Below the pieces are notes generated by a model. That model was not told the origin of the DNA. It saw nothing but the letters and a program-made list of their open reading frames with translations, and did no database searches. Positions 60,241-64,000 of a stretch of DNA of 64,000 nt are shown piece by piece. Source of the DNA: Candidatus Kaiserbacteria bacterium. GTDB taxonomy: Bacteria; Patescibacteriota; Minisyncoccia; Phycocordibacterales; Phycocordibacteraceae. The stretch covers positions 22,313-86,312 of the forward strand of contig JARIGN010000004.1 of the NCBI GenBank assembly GCA_029288835.1, given 5' to 3'. The translations under genes were made by a program, and so were the position numbers. How positions within the stretch are numbered: position 1 is the first letter of the stretch; every line of letters begins with the position of its first letter.

Positions 60241-61710
60241 ATGAAATTCACCCTCTCCCCAAAATCACTTGCAGAAGCACCGAAGGAATTTGTACGGGTA
60301 CGTATCACGGAAGATGACAAAGGTACAAAAAGACTTGTTTGCGAGCAGAAAGAGGGAGCTGAGGTGACTTATCTGGAGATAGGCGTGGGGACATACAAAG
60401 AGCTCACCCAGCGCAAGTTTATTATCGCAAGCCGTGCCGTCATTAACGCAGCAAAGCAGCAAAAGGCGCGAAAGATTGCATTGTCGCTCGACGACATGCT
60501 TATGCTCGCAGAAAAGTTTGATGTCACAAAAGAAGAGCTGCTTTCTCTCGCAGTCCAAAACATGGAGATGGCAGGATTTGAGTTTACGCAGTTTAAAACA
60601 AAGCCAAAGGAAGGGTGGCCTACCGTTGAGGAAGTGCTCTTATGCGGGCCAAAGTCTGCTGCAGGAAATCCCGCGGCAACTAAATCACTGCAAGCATCAC
60701 TAAAGCGTGGGCAGCTCATTGGACAGGAAGTGAACGCCTGCCGCGCGCTTGCGAACACCCCTGGCGGCGACATGAACCCGCGCAAGCTCGCGAAAGCTGC
60801 GAAGGATGCGGTAGCGGGCCTTAAGACTGTCACGGTACAGACTCTCGGTGAAGCCGAACTCAAAAAGCTCGGTATGGGTGCGCTTCTGGGAGTGGGAAAC
60901 GGTTCTTCTGAAGAGACGACCTTCACCATCATGCAATACAAGGGCGCACCAAATGCAAAGGGAGAGGCAGCGAAGCCGATCGTTCTCGCGGGGAAGGGAA
61001 TTACCTTTGATAGCGGCGGCTTGAATCTTAAACCTTCTGCACATATCTATGAAATGCATATGGATATGTCGGGCGCCGCCTCGGTCATCCATGCAGTCGC
61101 ACTCGCCGCAAAACTTGGCGTGAAGAAAAATGTGATCGGCCTCATTCCAGCAGCAGAAAACATGCCCGGCAATAACGCGACGCGCCCCGGTGACGTGCTT
61201 CACTCACTTTCTGGTAAAACTATCGAGGTACAAAACACCGATGCTGAAGGACGTCTCATTCTCGCGGACGCGCTCACCTACGCGAAGCGATTCAACCCAG
61301 GCGTCGTGCTCGATGTCGCAACCCTCACCGGCGCAGCCCTCGTCGCACTCGGTCTCTATGCCTCTGCAGTGCTCACCAAGGATGACGAGCTCGCGCAGCA
61401 GCTCGAGAAGCTTGGAGAAAAGAGCGGTGACTATGTATGGCCGCTGCCGCTTTGGGATGAGTACGAGTTTCTTGTAAAGAGTGATTTTGCCGACGTAACC
61501 AACTCCAGCAACGCGCCAGGCGGCCGTTATGGCGGCACCATCGAAGGCGGCATGTTCCTCTGGCAGTTTGCGAAAGAGCTTGGCTGCCCTTGGGCGCACC
61601 TCGACATCGCGCCGCGCATGACCTCTGCACCAGGTGATGAATTGGCCAAAGGTGCTGCCGGTGAACCTGTCCGTCTTTTGCTCGCCTTTATCGAAGCATG
61701 GAAGAACTAG
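60241..61710 (+). CDS. pepA: Leucyl aminopeptidase (M17)
   Basis: GKGITFDSGG, MHMDMSG, NTDAEGRLILADAL, ATLTGA, WAHLDIA. Confidence 0.96.
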   Translation: MKFTLSPKSLAEAPKEFVRVRITEDDKGTKRLVCEQKEGAEVTYLEIGVGTYKELTQRKFIIASRAVINAAKQQKARKIALSLDDMLMLAEKFDVTKEELLSLAVQNMEMAGFEFTQFKTKPKEGWPTVEEVLLCGPKSAAGNPAATKSLQASLKRGQLIGQEVNACRALANTPGGDMNPRKLAKAAKDAVAGLKTVTVQTLGEAELKKLGMGALLGVGNGSSEETTFTIMQYKGAPNAKGEAAKPIVLAGKGITFDSGGLNLKPSAHIYEMHMDMSGAASVIHAVALAAKLGVKKNVIGLIPAAENMPGNNATRPGDVLHSLSGKTIEVQNTDAEGRLILADALTYAKRFNPGVVLDVATLTGAALVALGLYASAVLTKDDELAQQLEKLGEKSGDYVWPLPLWDEYEFLVKSDFADVTNSSNAPGGRYGGTIEGGMFLWQFAKELGCPWAHLDIAPRMTSAPGDELAKGAAGEPVRLLLAFIEAWKN

Positions 61711-62462
61711 ACCACAACGAAAGTACAGGTTCCGGTTCTACCATTTCACCAGCGTTCACCATTCGCACGCCGTCTTTTGAAGGTCCGTTCGGTCTCGTGC
61801 TTGACCTCATCGAAAAGCGAAAGCTATCCGTGAGCGAGCTCTCACTTGCTCAAGTGACGGACGACTACATTCAGTATGTGCGTGGCCATGAAGCCTTTCC
61901 GATGGAAGATGCTGCGGAGTTTATTGGTGTTGCAGCAACACTTCTTTTAATAAAATCAAAGTCCCTTATTCCGGAGCTCGAGCTTTCACCGGAAGAAGAG
62001 GAGGATGTCGACTCCCTTAAGGACCGTCTTAAAAAATATGAAGCAGCACGTGACGCAGCCCGGGAGCTTGGCAGAGTATTTGGCCTTACGCCGATGGTGC
62101 CGGCAGGGGAGCGAGCACCTGAAGCATTCTTCGCACCAAGCCGTGACCTTTCCCTCGCTGCGCTTGAAACTGCGCTCCAAAATGTGCTTGCTTCCATTCA
62201 AAAAGAAGAAAAACTTCCCGAAGCACGTGTGAAGCCACTCATTACCCTTGAAGAAATGATGGATCGCCTTACGGACCGGGTCCAAAAAGCACTCACCATG
62301 TCCTTTAAAGATTTCGCGGGAGAAAAAAGTGAAAAGGTTGAAGTGATCGTCTCGTTCCTCGCGCTCCTTGAGCTCGTGAAGCAGGGGATTGTCGAAGCGG
62401 AGCAGCTCGGTTCCGACATCAAGATAACGAATAACGCGTCGAGCGTTCCAAGCTACGGCTAG
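61698..62462 (+). CDS. scpA: Segregation and condensation protein A (kleisin)
   Basis: FEGPFGLVLDLI, LLLIKSKSLIP, VSFLALLELVK. Confidence 0.93.
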   Translation: MEELDHNESTGSGSTISPAFTIRTPSFEGPFGLVLDLIEKRKLSVSELSLAQVTDDYIQYVRGHEAFPMEDAAEFIGVAATLLLIKSKSLIPELELSPEEEEDVDSLKDRLKKYEAARDAARELGRVFGLTPMVPAGERAPEAFFAPSRDLSLAALETALQNVLASIQKEEKLPEARVKPLITLEEMMDRLTDRVQKALTMSFKDFAGEKSEKVEVIVSFLALLELVKQGIVEAEQLGSDIKITNNASSVPSYG

Positions 62463-62551
62463 GTCCCCAGTCAGCCACATGATAGCGCATTAATCCATAC
62501 TTCATCGTTGTCGGCATATAGTGCGTGCACTTAGAAACTAAAGAAACGCCT

Positions 62552-62746
62552 ATGTTGAAACAATGGATCACCGCACTTATAGGGCTTGCCGTTCTTTCGG
62601 TTCCGTTCATGGGCATGAGCCAGGAAGTCATGATGTGGACGCTTATTGTCTCAGGTATTTTGATAACTGGTCTCAGCCTCCTCACGGCATACGAAATGAC
62701 TGGTACTGAAACTGAGGTGCGCACCTATCGAGAAATCCACGTCTAA
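62552..62746 (+). CDS. Small two-TM membrane protein
   Basis: MLKQWITALIGLAVLSVPF..WTLIVSGILI, lying between scpA and scpB. Confidence 0.6.
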   Translation: MLKQWITALIGLAVLSVPFMGMSQEVMMWTLIVSGILITGLSLLTAYEMTGTETEVRTYREIHV

Positions 62747-62781
62747 GTCTAAGCAACAGAGCAGCATGGTACTATGGTGCT

Positions 62782-63324
62782 ATGCTGTCGCATTCTGCTG
62801 CCCTCGAGGCACTCCTTTTCGCAGCCGGTGAGCCGCTTTCAAAACAGCGGCTCGCGAGCATACTTGAGCTGTCTGCGGATGAGCTTCGCGCTGCCGCTCT
62901 CGAGCTGCATACCAGCCTCCAAAACAGAGGGCTTGCGCTTATAGAGGTAGGGACCGACCTCGAAATCCGCACGAGCCCAGAAGCCTCTTCGGTCATTAAG
63001 AAATATAGGGAAGGGGAGCTTTCCCGAGACCTCGGTAAGGCCAGCCTTGAGACCTTGGCTATTATCCTGTATAAGAATGGGGCGACCCGCAGTGAGATTG
63101 AGTGGATCCGCGGGGTAAATTCTGCTGCCGCACTGCGCTCTCTTACCCTTCGCGGACTCGTCGAGCGCACGGAGCACGAAAGTGACCGCCGCCGTATTAT
63201 GTACCTCCCGACGACCGAAGCGCTCGCGCACCTCGGCGTCTCGCACCTCAGCGAGCTACCGCACTATGATGAGTTAGTCTCGGCCCTTAAGGATGCTGAG
63301 GAAGCTAAACCTGTTACTGAATAA
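62782..63324 (+). CDS. scpB: Segregation and condensation protein B
   Basis: LEALLFAAGEPL, ASLETLAIILY, TRSEIEWIRGVNS. Confidence 0.95.
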   Translation: MLSHSAALEALLFAAGEPLSKQRLASILELSADELRAAALELHTSLQNRGLALIEVGTDLEIRTSPEASSVIKKYREGELSRDLGKASLETLAIILYKNGATRSEIEWIRGVNSAAALRSLTLRGLVERTEHESDRRRIMYLPTTEALAHLGVSHLSELPHYDELVSALKDAEEAKPVTE

Positions 63325-63327
63325 TCC

Positions 63328-64000
63328 ATGCCAAAGAATCGTCATCCGCACCACACGCAGCAGCGAAAAGGAAACAGTCGCACACGGCTGTATATTGGTG
63401 TGGGCGTGGCATTCATAGCAGTCGTACTTTTTGGTGCCGCAGCCTACGTGGCAGCCCAGGAAAACGAGCAGGAAGCGGCACTCGCTAACGCACAGCCACC
63501 GCTCAACACCGCCACAACCACTCCTACAGGACCTGATGCATACGCCACTCTTTCTCTCCAGGCACAAGACGCGATAGTCTATGACCTTACTAATGGCCAG
63601 GTCCTGTATGCTAAGAACGCATACCAAACCCACCCGCTCGCTTCTATCACCAAGCTCCTCACGCTCTATGCCGCAGCAAACACTCTTTCCCCGGCAGCAA
63701 CCATCACCATGTCACCAGACTCTGTGGCTGCAGTTAATGACACTGCAGACACTGGCTTTTCCGCAGGCGAAACATTTTCTTTTGAGGATCTCGCGCGCTT
63801 GACCCTTGCTGCCTCATCAAATAGTGGTGCTGAAGCGATCGCTGAAGCTGCCGCTACGGCGCAGCAAAAAAGTAATGCGACCTTGCTTGCTAATGCTGCT
63901 TCAGCCATTGGTCTCACCCAAACGAGCGCAACGAATGCAACTGGCCTTGATATAAATTCACAAGTGTCGGGAGGCTATGGATCGGCACACGATGTAGCAG
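63328..64000 (+). CDS. D-alanyl-D-alanine carboxypeptidase (peptidase S11), 3'-truncated by the window edge
   Basis: Manual translation: TM anchor, AIVYDLTNGQVLYAKN, PLASITKL (SxxK), SSN (SxN), NATGLD. Confidence 0.9.
   Translation, partial: MPKNRHPHHTQQRKGNSRTRLYIGVGVAFIAVVLFGAAAYVAAQENEQEAALANAQPPLNTATTTPTGPDAYATLSLQAQDAIVYDLTNGQVLYAKNAYQTHPLASITKLLTLYAAANTLSPAATITMSPDSVAAVNDTADTGFSAGETFSFEDLARLTLAASSNSGAEAIAEAAATAQQKSNATLLANAASAIGLTQTSATNATGLDINSQVSGGYGSAHDVA

Overview
Chromosomal segment of a small-genome bacterium that reads TGA as stop (code 11). Gene content and architecture point to Patescibacteria/CPR, probably Parcubacteria (inference): a VirD4-like ATPase, an FtsA-like plus baseplate-J-like gene pair, streamlined UvrA/UvrC/AspRS/AtpC, and LAGLIDADG-like ORF next to a tRNA. 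The backbone is housekeeping: tgt, uvrB/A/C, ddl, mltG, F1Fo ATP synthase operon, infA-rpmJ-rpsMKD-rpoA-rplQM-rpsI, trhO, grpE-dnaK-dnaJ, tyrS, trpS, aspS, pepA, scpAB, tRNA-Ala and tRNA-Tyr. It is interspersed with stand-alone orphan genes. The best candidate for an undescribed system is the tightly packed operon at 48214-54687: Leu/Phe/Val dehydrogenase, PaaK-like adenylating ligase, Rv1355c/OxzB-type ThiF enzyme, nitroreductase and a 7TM histidine kinase. It looks like a small-molecule (oxazolone-like) signal synthase with its own receptor, but lacks the N-acyltransferase of the known Oxz/Tyz pathways. Second is a promoter- and terminator-bounded putative sRNA between uvrA and uvrC with three blocks of complementarity to a neighbouring structured element. 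Core genes show a strikingly regular -10 box exactly 6 nt upstream of the start codon (leaderless mRNAs), whereas orphan genes carry Shine-Dalgarno sites. No CRISPR array, rRNA, integrase or transposase was seen. All protein calls come from motif recognition, not database searches.
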